36,526 nt of DNA from a candidate division WOR-3 bacterium (GTDB lineage Bacteria; Hydrothermota; Tepidihabitantia; SM23-42; JAOAFX01). The stretch lies in NCBI GenBank assembly GCA_039802265.1, contig JBDRWI010000018.1:1-36526 (forward strand), read 5' to 3'. Positions 18,060 to 27,913 of this stretch are shown here, piece after piece. The position numbers and the translations under genes are program-made. A model generated the notes under the pieces. It was not told the origin of the DNA. It worked only from the letters and a program-made list of their open reading frames with translations, and searched no databases. Each line of letters begins with the position of its first letter. The stretch's first letter is position 1.

Positions 18060-19495
18060 CTGGTTATTTGGTTATTGGGTAATTGCGTAATTGAATCCCT
18101 GGTCTTTTCCAACCACAACTTTGCCCCGGCTTTTCGGAAAATTTCTCTCGCCGCTCTCAAATTTTCCTCCGCCTCTTCGTTTCCTATGCGCATTAGAAAA
18201 GTTCCATAGTGAAAATGAGCCCGGGCAAGTTCATAGATTTGATTCAATCTTTTGAATATTGAAATTGCTTTTTTGAATTTTTCCATTATCTCATCGTGAA
18301 GTCTATTTTTTTTATAAGTAGTTCTTATTACATTTCCAAGTAACTTTTGACCCAATATTCGCGCTGAAAGTAAGAATGAATCTCCTCTTGCTAATGGCGC
18401 TTGCAATTCCTCGGCAAATTTTGTGGCCGTTTTTGTCCGGATACTCGCCTCGTTTAAATTGCCTTGCATCAATGCCAATTCTGCCAGTGATAAAGTTATT
18501 CTATGCCGTAGCATTTTGTCATTTATTTGTAAAGCAATTTTTCTGCCACTATTTAAGTACTCCTGTGCTTTACCAATAATCCCCTGCTCTAAATAAATCT
18601 TACCCAAAATATTGTAGCAGTATCCAATACCGCTTTTATCGCCAATTTTTTGTGATATCTGCAGTGACTTCCCCATATGGCCTATGGCTTCTTTATATTC
18701 TCCACGAAGATAACTTAAATACCCCAAATTATATAATGTAAATGCCTCACCCGTGGGATGATTAACTTCCCTTTGAATCCGAAGTGATTCTTTGGCAAAC
18801 TTAATCGCCTTTAAATATTCTCCGTTATTGATAAAGGCAACTGCTAAATTATTAAGGGTAATTGCCTGCCCCCGACGGTCACCGGTCTTTTTTCTGACTT
18901 TTAAAGCCTTTAATAAAAACGCCATATATTTATCTGGTTTACCAATCCTTTTATACCACGAAGCAATGCTGTTCAAGCAAATTCCAATTGTTTGTAGATC
19001 CTTTAATTTTCTAGCCAATTTTAAACATTGCCAGTACTTCTTTAGTTCCCTTTCATATTGCCCGAGATAAAAATAGGTAAACCCGATGTTCAAGAAGTTA
19101 TCACTTAAATGGTCGGTAATTCCCAGGTTCCTTTTAATCCTTAAAGCCTTTATAAAACACCTGTTGGCTTGACGATAATTACCAATATAATAATAACAGA
19201 CACCCATATTATTGAAACAGGCTGCCTCAATTTTTTTATCACGAATCTTTTTACCGATTTGTAAAACACGATTAATTCCTTTGATTGCCTGCCGCATTGC
19301 ACCGAGAGAGGTATAAATTTCATATTGTTCCAGCAAACAATATGCTCTGTTTTTCAAATCGTTAAACTTTTGGGTTATATTTATCCCCCTTTTTAAATCA
19401 ATCAGTGCCTCCTCATTCCTGCCGACCAGACTATATATTACAGCCCGACTCCTTAATGAACGGAGCAGTAGTTCTTCCCTTGAATTTTCAGTCAT
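18056..19495 (-). CDS. TPR cassette protein (intact, cassette 1), 479 aa from ATG 19495
   Basis: Starts MTENSREELLLRSLRSRAVIYSLVG. The 33 extra codons in ORF 18056..19594 resemble the C-terminal tail of a previous cassette. Confidence 0.85.
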   Translation of the reverse strand: MTENSREELLLRSLRSRAVIYSLVGRNEEALIDLKRGINITQKFNDLKNRAYCLLEQYEIYTSLGAMRQAIKGINRVLQIGKKIRDKKIEAACFNNMGVCYYYIGNYRQANRCFIKALRIKRNLGITDHLSDNFLNIGFTYFYLGQYERELKKYWQCLKLARKLKDLQTIGICLNSIASWYKRIGKPDKYMAFLLKALKVRKKTGDRRGQAITLNNLAVAFINNGEYLKAIKFAKESLRIQREVNHPTGEAFTLYNLGYLSYLRGEYKEAIGHMGKSLQISQKIGDKSGIGYCYNILGKIYLEQGIIGKAQEYLNSGRKIALQINDKMLRHRITLSLAELALMQGNLNEASIRTKTATKFAEELQAPLARGDSFLLSARILGQKLLGNVIRTTYKKNRLHDEIMEKFKKAISIFKRLNQIYELARAHFHYGTFLMRIGNEEAEENLRAAREIFRKAGAKLWLEKTRDSITQLPNNQITR

Positions 19496-19659
19496 TGAGT
19501 TGTCTTGCCCTTTTAATACTTTAGCCCCGGCTTTTTTAAGAATCCTTTTTGCTTCCTTCAAATATCCCAGCGCCTTTTCGCTATTCCCTTTCATTTGATA
19601 AATCAGACTCCGCCTTTATTTGTTTGTATCAAGAGTTTTCTTCTAAAATCTTGCGTCAT
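19496..19659 (-). pseudogene. Collapsed TPR cassette remnant (cassette 0)
   Basis: 19603..19659 reads MTQDFRRKLLIQ... (start motif) and is followed directly by a cassette-tail-like segment KALGYLKEAKRILKKAGAKVL (compare NLRAAREIFRKAGAKLW). Confidence 0.6.
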
Positions 19660-19706
19660 TTGGACTGCTTGGTTATTGACTAAATTGAGTTGCGACCTTT
19701 TTTAAG

Positions 19707-22415
19707 CTATATTTTACCCTCCAATTTTTCATATGATTCAATCGCCCGGGTGAAGAACTCTATTGCCTCTTCATTGGCATAGACCTTTTTTGCCTTTTCT
19801 CCAGCCTCAACCGAATAAAGGAGAGATTTGTCATAATCTCCGCCAGCATAAAAATGGTAGGAGAGTAATCCCAGAAATTCCTCCTTGCGGTCCTTGAGTT
19901 CTGTTTCAATAAATGTGCCGACCTGGCGGTGTAACTCCTGTTTTCTTGCGAAAGAAAGTGTTCCGTAGGCAACTTCCCGGGTTAGGATATGTTTGAAGAA
20001 ATAACGTGCCTGCTTCTCACCTTTTTCTTCTTTTATCAGGTCAAGGCGCCCAAGATTATGGAGTGATTTTTTCAAAATCTGTGATTGGGGATAAATTCCA
20101 TTAAGCAAAAATTCATCAAACTCTCTCCCCAATATGGAAGCAACCTGTAGCACATCCCGGTCCTGTAAATCAAGTCGATCAATTCTTGATAATATTAATG
20201 CCTCAACAGTATCTGGTAACTGAAGTCTTTTAATATCCCCCTTGAACCGCCAGGCTCCTTTTTCTTCAACCACATATCCCTGCTCAATCATTGACTTCAC
20301 CAATTCCTCAATGTAAAAAGGATTCCCCTGTGATTTTTCAACGATTGCCTTTTTTAAGTCGTCAGGGATATCTTTCATGCCAAGCAGGTTCTTAACCAGT
20401 TCAATGCTATCTTCTTTAGAAAGTTCTTTTAGAACTATTTCGGTTGTCCAATTCTTTTCCATAAATTCTTCTTTCTTCTTCAATGGCCGATAAACAAGTG
20501 TAAGAAGAATCGGTTTGTTTTCTATGTTTCTGCCGATGTAGTTAACAAGTTCCATTGAAGCCGAATCGGCCCAGTGCAGGTCTTCAATGATTATATTAAC
20601 CGGTTTTGATCGGGTAATGAACTTTATAAAATCAAAGATAATATCAAGGACACGTTGTTTCTTAATCTTGGCATCCAGATATTTTGTCAGCGAGGTCTCG
20701 GGAAATGGCACTCCCATAAGTTCACCAATAACCGGAAGCCAGTCAATAAGTTTCTTATCCACCCCAATACTGGTTCTTTTTATCTTTTCCGCTCTAATCT
20801 TGACCGAATCCGCAGGGAGAATACCAAAAAACTCAGTGAGGATATCTACCCAGGGATGGTAGGAAAATGCACTGCCATAAGAGATACAATTCCCTTTTAA
20901 AACCTGGAATCCGGCCTTTTCGGACAACTTGATTAGCTCCTGAGTCAACCTTGACTTTCCAATCCCTGGTTCACCAGTGATTGCAAGAATCTGCCCTTTA
21001 TTACGGGTGCATAATTCAACCAAATCTTTAATCTTGGCAAGTTCCCTATCCCGGCCAACAATCCTTTCACTTTCAGAGATCCATCTCGTTAATGCCTTCT
21101 TCTCAATCTCTTTCTTTTTGGTAAGCTTGTAAACCGGTATTTTTTTCTTCTTCCCTTTAAATTCCTTTTCGCCTAAAGATTCATAATCAAAAAGGGCAAA
21201 TGTTTTATTAAAGATTGGCTCACTTACCACAATTGTTCGATTTTCTGCCTTTGCGCCAAGACGGGCAGAAAGGTTTACTGCATCGCCAAGGGTTGTATAT
21301 TCTCGTCTTAATTCATTGCCCACCGGCGCCGCAAAGATTGAGCCCGAATTTATTCCGGCCCGCAAATTTAGCTTCTTTAGTTCCGGATGATTCAAGATTT
21401 CATAGGTAAATAGAACTGCCCGCTTTTCATCATCCTCATAGGCCTTTGGGAATCCAAATACCGCAAGGATTCTTTCGCTATCTTTATATATATCAATCGC
21501 ATTTATCCAGCCATCGTACTTTTTTATGGTGGCATCAACAATGGAATAAAAATGCATGAGTAATTCCTGAGCCTTTCTGGGATTCTCGTCATAGGGGATA
21601 CCACTAAAGTGTAAAAAGACAACGGCAATCTTCCTATGTTCACCATCTTTATGGTCAAAAAATGGCTTCAATTCAATCCTCTTTAACAACCAATCTGGAA
21701 TGTAATTCTCAAGAACTGCGAAGTTTTTCTTTACTACATCAGGTGATAATTTTTTGATCTCAATCTGCGGTTCAACCGATTTCTTCTTCATTCCTATATA
21801 TTTCCAGAGATGTGCCTTGGGTTTGAAAATAACATCCCTGAGTTCATTTTTAATCTCTGAACTGACAACAATCTCACCGGGTCCAGCAAAATCAATCATT
21901 GCCATCAGTTGATTTACTATTCTGCCCCCGAGAAAGAAATTATTCTTCAAGTCCTGAAAATAGACTGTTCCCTTTGTTAGCCCGATATGGACCTTAATCT
22001 TGAAGGTACCAACCTTTGTCTTTGTTACGGAATGGTCTCTAACGAATTTGGCAATCTCAACACCGGCATTAATCGCCCTCTCACTTGATGATTGAATCTC
22101 GGTCTCCTCAGGGAAAAAAGCCAAAAATGCATCGCCGCCGAACCGATAGATATCTCCCTGCCATTTATAGACAATTTTAATCAGAGGACCAAAGAAGTCA
22201 TTGATTATTTTATTCACCTCTTCAGCTCCTTCCTTACCCAAACGGGCAAGTTTTTCGCTCATCGCAGTAAAACCAGAGATATCAGCGAAGAGTAAGGTCG
22301 TATTAAAGGTCTCAACCGGCTTAGGTCCTTCCTTGAAAATCTTTGCTGCGACAACCTTCCGGGGTAAAAAAGTTGCCATTGAGATAAATAATTTTTCTCT
22401 TTCGGCCATCTTCAT
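19707..22415 (-). CDS. Dual class III adenylate/guanylate cyclase + AAA_16/STAND ATPase protein (soluble-AC-like), lacking the C-terminal TPR array
   Basis: LLFADISGFT...FGGDAFL (domain 1); GINSG...YTTLGDAVNLSARL (domain 2); Walker A GEPGIGKS; Walker B IIIEDLHWAD; GNPFYIEE; LILSRIDRL; FKHILTREVAY. Confidence 0.92.
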   Translation of the reverse strand: MKMAEREKLFISMATFLPRKVVAAKIFKEGPKPVETFNTTLLFADISGFTAMSEKLARLGKEGAEEVNKIINDFFGPLIKIVYKWQGDIYRFGGDAFLAFFPEETEIQSSSERAINAGVEIAKFVRDHSVTKTKVGTFKIKVHIGLTKGTVYFQDLKNNFFLGGRIVNQLMAMIDFAGPGEIVVSSEIKNELRDVIFKPKAHLWKYIGMKKKSVEPQIEIKKLSPDVVKKNFAVLENYIPDWLLKRIELKPFFDHKDGEHRKIAVVFLHFSGIPYDENPRKAQELLMHFYSIVDATIKKYDGWINAIDIYKDSERILAVFGFPKAYEDDEKRAVLFTYEILNHPELKKLNLRAGINSGSIFAAPVGNELRREYTTLGDAVNLSARLGAKAENRTIVVSEPIFNKTFALFDYESLGEKEFKGKKKKIPVYKLTKKKEIEKKALTRWISESERIVGRDRELAKIKDLVELCTRNKGQILAITGEPGIGKSRLTQELIKLSEKAGFQVLKGNCISYGSAFSYHPWVDILTEFFGILPADSVKIRAEKIKRTSIGVDKKLIDWLPVIGELMGVPFPETSLTKYLDAKIKKQRVLDIIFDFIKFITRSKPVNIIIEDLHWADSASMELVNYIGRNIENKPILLTLVYRPLKKKEEFMEKNWTTEIVLKELSKEDSIELVKNLLGMKDIPDDLKKAIVEKSQGNPFYIEELVKSMIEQGYVVEEKGAWRFKGDIKRLQLPDTVEALILSRIDRLDLQDRDVLQVASILGREFDEFLLNGIYPQSQILKKSLHNLGRLDLIKEEKGEKQARYFFKHILTREVAYGTLSFARKQELHRQVGTFIETELKDRKEEFLGLLSYHFYAGGDYDKSLLYSVEAGEKAKKVYANEEAIEFFTRAIESYEKLEGKI

Positions 22416-22429
22416 CTCTTTTCCTTTTT

Positions 22430-22457
22430 ATTTTACTCCAAAATGATAAAAAGACAA
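22430..22457 (-). promoter_or_regulatory. Putative sigma70 promoter for the cyclase-TPR locus
   Basis: TTGTCT-N16-TAAAAT. Confidence 0.5.
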
Positions 22458-22467
22458 TAAATGATTT

Positions 22468-24534
22468 TTATACTGTCCAGTTTCTCAAGATTATTTCCTT
22501 CTGGGCAAGAACCATTTTTAATAATGGCGTTCTATCAACTTCTACACCCTTCTGTCTTGCCCTTATGACAAATTCTACACTCTCATTATTCCCAAGATTC
22601 AAGAGCGATAAGGAAATTGCTACCTCGGCGATTTCATCAATCTTATAATTGACCTTCTCCATATCTTGTCCCAATGTAATTTTCATACCAACTGGTTTTT
22701 CAAAGTCAATTTCAAACTCATAATTATTGATATTCTGATTTGAGATATCAAACCGGATATAGAGGTTATGATCATCAAAACCATAATAAACGCCAGAAAA
22801 TAGTCCGGCAAACCGTTGCATTGTCCCCCCAACCCTCTGTACATCCATAAACCCGGCATTATACCATTCATAAAAATAGGTAATTTTACCATCAATTTTG
22901 GGGGAGATTTTATCAATTGGCTGTGTTCCATAGGCTTCAGTCTTGGAGCAGATTGGTGTAAATAATTCATGGGGTGGTTCTTCACCAATTTTTTTGTATA
23001 GCCATATTGCATTCTCTCTGAATAGTTGGTCAAAGACCTCGGTTGCGACAGAGAAAAATTCATCACCAAACCACCAGAACCAATCACTACCTTCTAAGAT
23101 ATAAAATCTTTCCCAAATTTCTGTATCTGTAATCATCTTTTCTGAAAGTTTTTCTCTCAATTTTTTAATCACCTGCCATGCCTTCTGGTCTTCGGAATGG
23201 CCGATCCAGATATTAAAGTTGGCGCCAATCCAGGAACCAGGAAAGATGCTGGTCAAACTATTATCACTCTTGTTTTGTTGCAAAAAATTTGTAAATGTGG
23301 TGGTAGGAATCTTCTCTTTAATCAATGCCTTATAGAGCCCCTCAATGAACTCTACACCATCATTGTCAAAATATTCCCAGGCATTCTCACCGTCAAGTAT
23401 TACCGGAATGATAAAATTCTCATAGGGTGAAAGTGTGTGGGCAACCTGTTTAATACGATTGATAAAATCAATTACTGCCTTTTGGGGTTTCAATCTATTA
23501 TACACAAATGCAATTTGGTCTGAAAGAATATGGTCCCGGAAGAAAATTCTTAAATTGCCATAACACCAGGGTTTATATAAAAGATGGGCATGGGAGGGAA
23601 TGCCTTCCTCATTCCTTTTGAATGAGAGATTTATTGAACGAGCCAGGATTTCTTCATCGGTAGCAATCCAGTTTATCTTTGTTTCTAAGAGGATATTTAG
23701 TAATTCCTGGCATACTGCTCCCTCAGAAGGCCAAAGGCCATTTGGGCTGAAACCAAACACCTTCTCAAAGACTTCAATCCCCTTTATAATCTGGGCACGG
23801 GCATCATCCGGATGGCAGAATTCAAACGATAATGTCAAATTGGGATTGGAGACCTTTGCCAGGTTAGCATTTATGAGCAGGGGTAAAATTGGGTGAGCGA
23901 ATGGAGATGTAGTAATTTCTATCTGACCGCTCGCTGCTGTTCTTTTGTATTCTTCTATAATCTGACCGATAATTTTTTTCTGTAGATTGACAATTAGGTC
24001 TTTATCTTGCTCACGAAAATTTTTACCACGATTGTATAACTCTTTGATCTCATCACGAAATATCGGATCAATCCAGACCAGGTTTGACCAGACCTGCAGG
24101 TCTCTAAATTCCTCATTCGTAAAGGTCTGGGCAACCTGAGGGAGTTCTTCCATGACAAGCTTCTTTCCCCTCTTTAAAAGTAGGGAAAAGTAGCGAGGAT
24201 AAGGTTCAATCATCTTTTCCCAGTTTGCCAGAAAGAAGTCTTTTAAGATTTCTATCTTCTCTTCAAGGGTGAGGTCCTCGGCCCTTTTTCTAAACAACAG
24301 AAACTGTCGGTCCTGACACATTTCGTTCTGATAATTTAAAAGTTGAAGCAACAATGAAGGCGTAAAATTGAATGTCACCCGAATTTCGGGGAATTTCTTA
24401 ACTTGATACAACATATCAAGATAATCCTTTATCGCATGGAATCTCACCCAGGGCAATGGAAGGATATTATCCTCAGGACGGCAGTAGAATGGTTGATGGA
24501 AATGCCACAAAAAGGCAATTGAAATGTTATTCAT
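22468..24534 (-). CDS. Glycoside hydrolase family 57 protein (amylopullulanase-like)
   Basis: WHFHQP, PWVRFHAIKDY, HPILPLL, WPSEG (nucleophile), LDGENAWE (acid/base) and EGSDWFWW motifs. Confidence 0.93.
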   Translation of the reverse strand: MNNISIAFLWHFHQPFYCRPEDNILPLPWVRFHAIKDYLDMLYQVKKFPEIRVTFNFTPSLLLQLLNYQNEMCQDRQFLLFRKRAEDLTLEEKIEILKDFFLANWEKMIEPYPRYFSLLLKRGKKLVMEELPQVAQTFTNEEFRDLQVWSNLVWIDPIFRDEIKELYNRGKNFREQDKDLIVNLQKKIIGQIIEEYKRTAASGQIEITTSPFAHPILPLLINANLAKVSNPNLTLSFEFCHPDDARAQIIKGIEVFEKVFGFSPNGLWPSEGAVCQELLNILLETKINWIATDEEILARSINLSFKRNEEGIPSHAHLLYKPWCYGNLRIFFRDHILSDQIAFVYNRLKPQKAVIDFINRIKQVAHTLSPYENFIIPVILDGENAWEYFDNDGVEFIEGLYKALIKEKIPTTTFTNFLQQNKSDNSLTSIFPGSWIGANFNIWIGHSEDQKAWQVIKKLREKLSEKMITDTEIWERFYILEGSDWFWWFGDEFFSVATEVFDQLFRENAIWLYKKIGEEPPHELFTPICSKTEAYGTQPIDKISPKIDGKITYFYEWYNAGFMDVQRVGGTMQRFAGLFSGVYYGFDDHNLYIRFDISNQNINNYEFEIDFEKPVGMKITLGQDMEKVNYKIDEIAEVAISLSLLNLGNNESVEFVIRARQKGVEVDRTPLLKMVLAQKEIILRNWTV

Positions 24535-25190
24535 CTATTGAAATAGCCAATGTAGTATTTTGCATCACTTATAACATCATAGGGAGGGTTCTGTTTGATA
24601 AGTTCTTCTAATATTTCAATTGCCTTCTGGGGATTTCCGCACAGGCCGGTTAATCTGCCCCAGGCAAGCATACCCCAGAAGTAGAATGGTGAATCTTTAT
24701 TCCGGGCAATCTTTTCGTAGTATTTCATTGCCCGCTCATAATCCTTGAGCCCCTCAGCCGCACATCCGGCACCAAAATAGGCCGATGGTGTTAGCAGGTG
24801 GTCATTGCTTACTTTTCCTAAGAAACGGTTGAAATAATCAAGGGCTTCGGCAAATCGGCCGGTATGGTAGTTTATAATTCCGAGATAATAGAGCGCAATC
24901 TTACCCGGTCGGGTGCCGAGATATTTTTCGGTCAATTCGCGAAAAACATTCTCAGCCTCCTGAACCCTACCCATACTCAACATACTTATTGCCTGCGTAT
25001 GAAGTAAATCTGCCTCGGGACTATCCGCCTCGGTGTTGGTAAGAAAATAGACCAGAAAAACAATTCCTCCAATAATTCCAATACCGAGCCAAATTGAGGT
25101 CTCTTTATGCCGGACAATATATTTAATAACCCTCTCCACAAACTGTTGGAAAGAGTCTTCACTCTTAATTCCCCTTTTCATATCACGCAT
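24531..25190 (-). CDS. Membrane-anchored TPR protein (YfgM-like)
   Basis: One N-terminal TM helix followed by TPRs; GGAG SD. Confidence 0.8.
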   Translation of the reverse strand: MRDMKRGIKSEDSFQQFVERVIKYIVRHKETSIWLGIGIIGGIVFLVYFLTNTEADSPEADLLHTQAISMLSMGRVQEAENVFRELTEKYLGTRPGKIALYYLGIINYHTGRFAEALDYFNRFLGKVSNDHLLTPSAYFGAGCAAEGLKDYERAMKYYEKIARNKDSPFYFWGMLAWGRLTGLCGNPQKAIEILEELIKQNPPYDVISDAKYYIGYFNR

Positions 25191-25286
25191 AATGCTCCTT
25201 TGTTCTTCGTTAAAAATTGCGCCGCATAGCTCTCAGGATAAACTATTTTCTTATATCTTATGACCATACCAACAACCATTCGTAGA

Positions 25287-25360
25287 TACCCCTGACCCGA
25301 TTTGAACGGGTGACCTGCGGTTTAGGAAACCGCTGCTCTATCCTGCTGAGCTACAGGGGC
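25287..25360 (-). tRNA. tRNA-Arg(CCT)
   Basis: GCCCCTG/CAGGGGT acceptor stem, D arm GCTC/GAGC, anticodon arm GCGGT-TTCCTAA-ACCGC, T loop GTTCAAATC; CCA not encoded. Confidence 0.95.
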
Positions 25361-25491
25361 TAAAACAAATGGTCTATGGTCAAAAGGTTTGGATGCTGGT
25401 ATGGTCCTTGGTTTATTGTTAATGGTATTTCTAAATCAATTTACTACTGCCTAATAACCAGACCAGCCTCTCAACCCAAACCCACTGACCA

Positions 25492-26127
25492 TTATTTTTT
25501 AAATATCCCAAACAACCCACCCTTTTTTTCCTCTTTTTTTTCTTGTTTATCTTCTCCCAAGGGTGTTGCCTTCTTCTCCTCAGCGGTCTTTTGAATAATC
25601 TTCACCAATCCGGATGAGATAAGCCCATAGAGGATACGGCCAACTTCAAACTCTGAGAGATTAACGCGCCGGGCAATCTGTTCAATGGTCAATGACCCAT
25701 CCACAAAGGCAAGAACCTTCCACTCCTCGGGTCTCAAGTTTATCTTTTCCACTCCCACATCCGGCACTTCAACAATCTTGACAATCAGGTCAAAAGAGGG
25801 AATCAATTTTTGAATTTTATTAAATTCATCAATCCTGCGGGCGGCATCAATTATGACCTGTTGAATCGGTAATTCTACAGTCCTTTCCATTGTCTCCTCG
25901 CCGGGTCTGAAGACAAAACGCCCGGTTCGCCATCTCAATATTGAATCAATTGCCTGTTCACCCACCAGATAATTTGTCTTGGCATGAACCACCATTCCTT
26001 CTTTAAAATAAACCACGCCCACATCATTGGGTGATTGAATTCTTAAACTGCCATCCTTAGCACCGAGTTGAATCAATTGAAAGACATCGGTCAACTCAAA
26101 GTCTTCTAAGTTTCCTTCCAGCGCCAT
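25492..26127 (-). CDS. DUF4388 (PatA N-terminal-like) domain protein with C-terminal winged helix
   Basis: LEGNLEDFELTDVFQLI...G.L.I...G.VYF.EG.VVHA; W.TG.F.F; EEWKVLAFVDG. Confidence 0.85.
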   Translation of the reverse strand: MALEGNLEDFELTDVFQLIQLGAKDGSLRIQSPNDVGVVYFKEGMVVHAKTNYLVGEQAIDSILRWRTGRFVFRPGEETMERTVELPIQQVIIDAARRIDEFNKIQKLIPSFDLIVKIVEVPDVGVEKINLRPEEWKVLAFVDGSLTIEQIARRVNLSEFEVGRILYGLISSGLVKIIQKTAEEKKATPLGEDKQEKKEEKKGGLFGIFKK

Positions 26128-26129
26128 AT

Positions 26130-27068
26130 TTATCTATATGCCCCCATATTCTGAAATTTTTTGATTCTCATCTCAATCAATTCTGAAATCGGTATTTTCT
26201 TGAGTTCAGTCAGGTTTCTTAAAATTGCCTCTTTGACATTGTCTGCAGTCTTTTGATAATCCATATGTGCACCACCCAGCGGTTCGGGAATTATTTCATC
26301 AATGATCTTGAATTGATACAAATCCTGGGCAGTAAGTTTTAATGCCTCCGCTGCCTCTTTGTTTTTTGCTGCATCACGCCACAAAATTGAGGCGCAGCCC
26401 TCAGGAGAAATAACCGAGTAAATGGCATTTTCCAGCATCAAGACCCTATCACCAACAGCCAGCGCCAGCGCACCTCCGGAACCCCCTTCACCAATTACAA
26501 CCACGACAATTGGTGTTCCAAGTGTAGCACATTCAAACAGATTTACCGCAATTGCTTCAAACTGTCCGCGCTCCTCAGCCCCGACGCCGGGATATGCACC
26601 GGGTGTGTCAACAAGATTAATAACCGGAAGGTTAAATTTCTCTGCCATTCTCATTATCCGTAGCGCCTTGCGATAACCTTCAGGATGGGGCATACCAAAA
26701 TTTCTTCTTATCTTCTCCTTGGTATCTCTTCCCTTCTGCTGGGCAGTGATTGCGACATTGAATTTATCAATACGGGCAATACCGGCGACAATAGCGTTGT
26801 CATCTCCAAACCGCCGGTCGCCATGAAGTTCAATAAAATCACTGGCAATTGCATTTATTATGTCTACTGAATACGGACGTCGGGGATGGCGTGCAAGCTG
26901 AACCCGCTGCCATCTTGTCAAATTGGAATAGATCTTTTTCTTGAGTCTCTCGGCCTGGGCCTTCAAGCGGGCGAGCTCATCTTCAACCCCGGTGAGATTC
27001 TTCAATTCCTCAATCTTCTTTTCCAGTTCAATAACCGGCTTTTCAAAATCAAGATAGATTCCGTTCAT
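26130..27068 (-). CDS. accA: Acetyl-CoA carboxylase carboxyltransferase alpha subunit
   Basis: [32 protein letters not shown] and GEGGSGGAL motifs. Confidence 0.97.
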   Translation of the reverse strand: MNGIYLDFEKPVIELEKKIEELKNLTGVEDELARLKAQAERLKKKIYSNLTRWQRVQLARHPRRPYSVDIINAIASDFIELHGDRRFGDDNAIVAGIARIDKFNVAITAQQKGRDTKEKIRRNFGMPHPEGYRKALRIMRMAEKFNLPVINLVDTPGAYPGVGAEERGQFEAIAVNLFECATLGTPIVVVVIGEGGSGGALALAVGDRVLMLENAIYSVISPEGCASILWRDAAKNKEAAEALKLTAQDLYQFKIIDEIIPEPLGGAHMDYQKTADNVKEAILRNLTELKKIPISELIEMRIKKFQNMGAYR

Positions 27069-27076
27069 TAGGGCAC

Positions 27077-27910
27077 CTAAAACTTGAAACTCAATCCCAG
27101 GGAATTTGCCAGTCCCAAATCATAAGGATAAAAGGCACCCCCGTATTTGATTTCGAGTCCGGAAAGATTAAGATTAAGATTAAATCCTGGATAGAACCGC
27201 TGACTCCGATTCAGGGCAATACCGATGGCCATCTCCTTTGTTATTGAAAAATCCCCTGACAATGAAGATTCAAATTGTCCCCTGTTTATTAGATAATGGA
27301 GGTCAAACCCAAACTTAAATTTTTTAATATCCTGGTTCAAACCCAGACTCAATTTGGTGGGCAGACTCACCTCCTCATTGCGCAGGGTAAGGGATGAACC
27401 GATATTTGCTGCACCCAGGCTGATCCCCCTGATTTCATTTGAATATGATAATGCAATATCAAATGCAAGCGTATAATCACCATACACATAGATATTCTCA
27501 CTGATATACTTCAGATTAATTCCCAATCTCCCCCGGCTTGATATCTTTCTTGCACCACAAAGGATAAAAGAAAAATTACTTGCGGTGTAATTTATTGTAG
27601 TATCTTCAGTTGGATAAGGGGGATGTAATTCAATATTTCCCGCATCAAAATTGGTAATTCCGATACCGAGCATGCCGAAACTGGTTTCTTTGCTCAATGC
27701 AAGTGAAAGACTTCTCAGACCAACATAAAGAATATTGTAAAAACAGGAAATCTTAAAATCCCTTTCTGCCTCAAACTTTGCGGGATTGTAAAATATTGCC
27801 TCATCTCCGCCACTTTTTGAATAAAAAGAGATAAACCCTCTGGGGGACATCGGTAGAAGTAATGCATCCACACCCGATAAGGAAAATAAAAAGAAAGTTA
27901 AGATATTCAT
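27077..27910 (-). CDS. Outer-membrane beta-barrel protein, PorV/PorQ-like
   Basis: Signal peptide; [21 protein letters not shown]...LPTKLSLG; C-terminal SLGLSFKF. Confidence 0.6.
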   Translation of the reverse strand: MNILTFFLFSLSGVDALLLPMSPRGFISFYSKSGGDEAIFYNPAKFEAERDFKISCFYNILYVGLRSLSLALSKETSFGMLGIGITNFDAGNIELHPPYPTEDTTINYTASNFSFILCGARKISSRGRLGINLKYISENIYVYGDYTLAFDIALSYSNEIRGISLGAANIGSSLTLRNEEVSLPTKLSLGLNQDIKKFKFGFDLHYLINRGQFESSLSGDFSITKEMAIGIALNRSQRFYPGFNLNLNLSGLEIKYGGAFYPYDLGLANSLGLSFKF

Positions 27911-27913
27911 TCT

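Noticed and set aside
14075..19659. Diversity-generating retroelement, integron or shufflon explanation for the TPR array
   Set aside because: No reverse transcriptase, integrase or recombinase, no TR/VR pair, no attC sites and no inverted cassettes in the window
19496..19760. Split intein or programmed frameshift joining the cyclase core to the TPR cassettes
   Set aside because: No intein terminal motifs; a clean TAG is followed by a spacer and a new ATG; no convincing slippery site with a downstream structure
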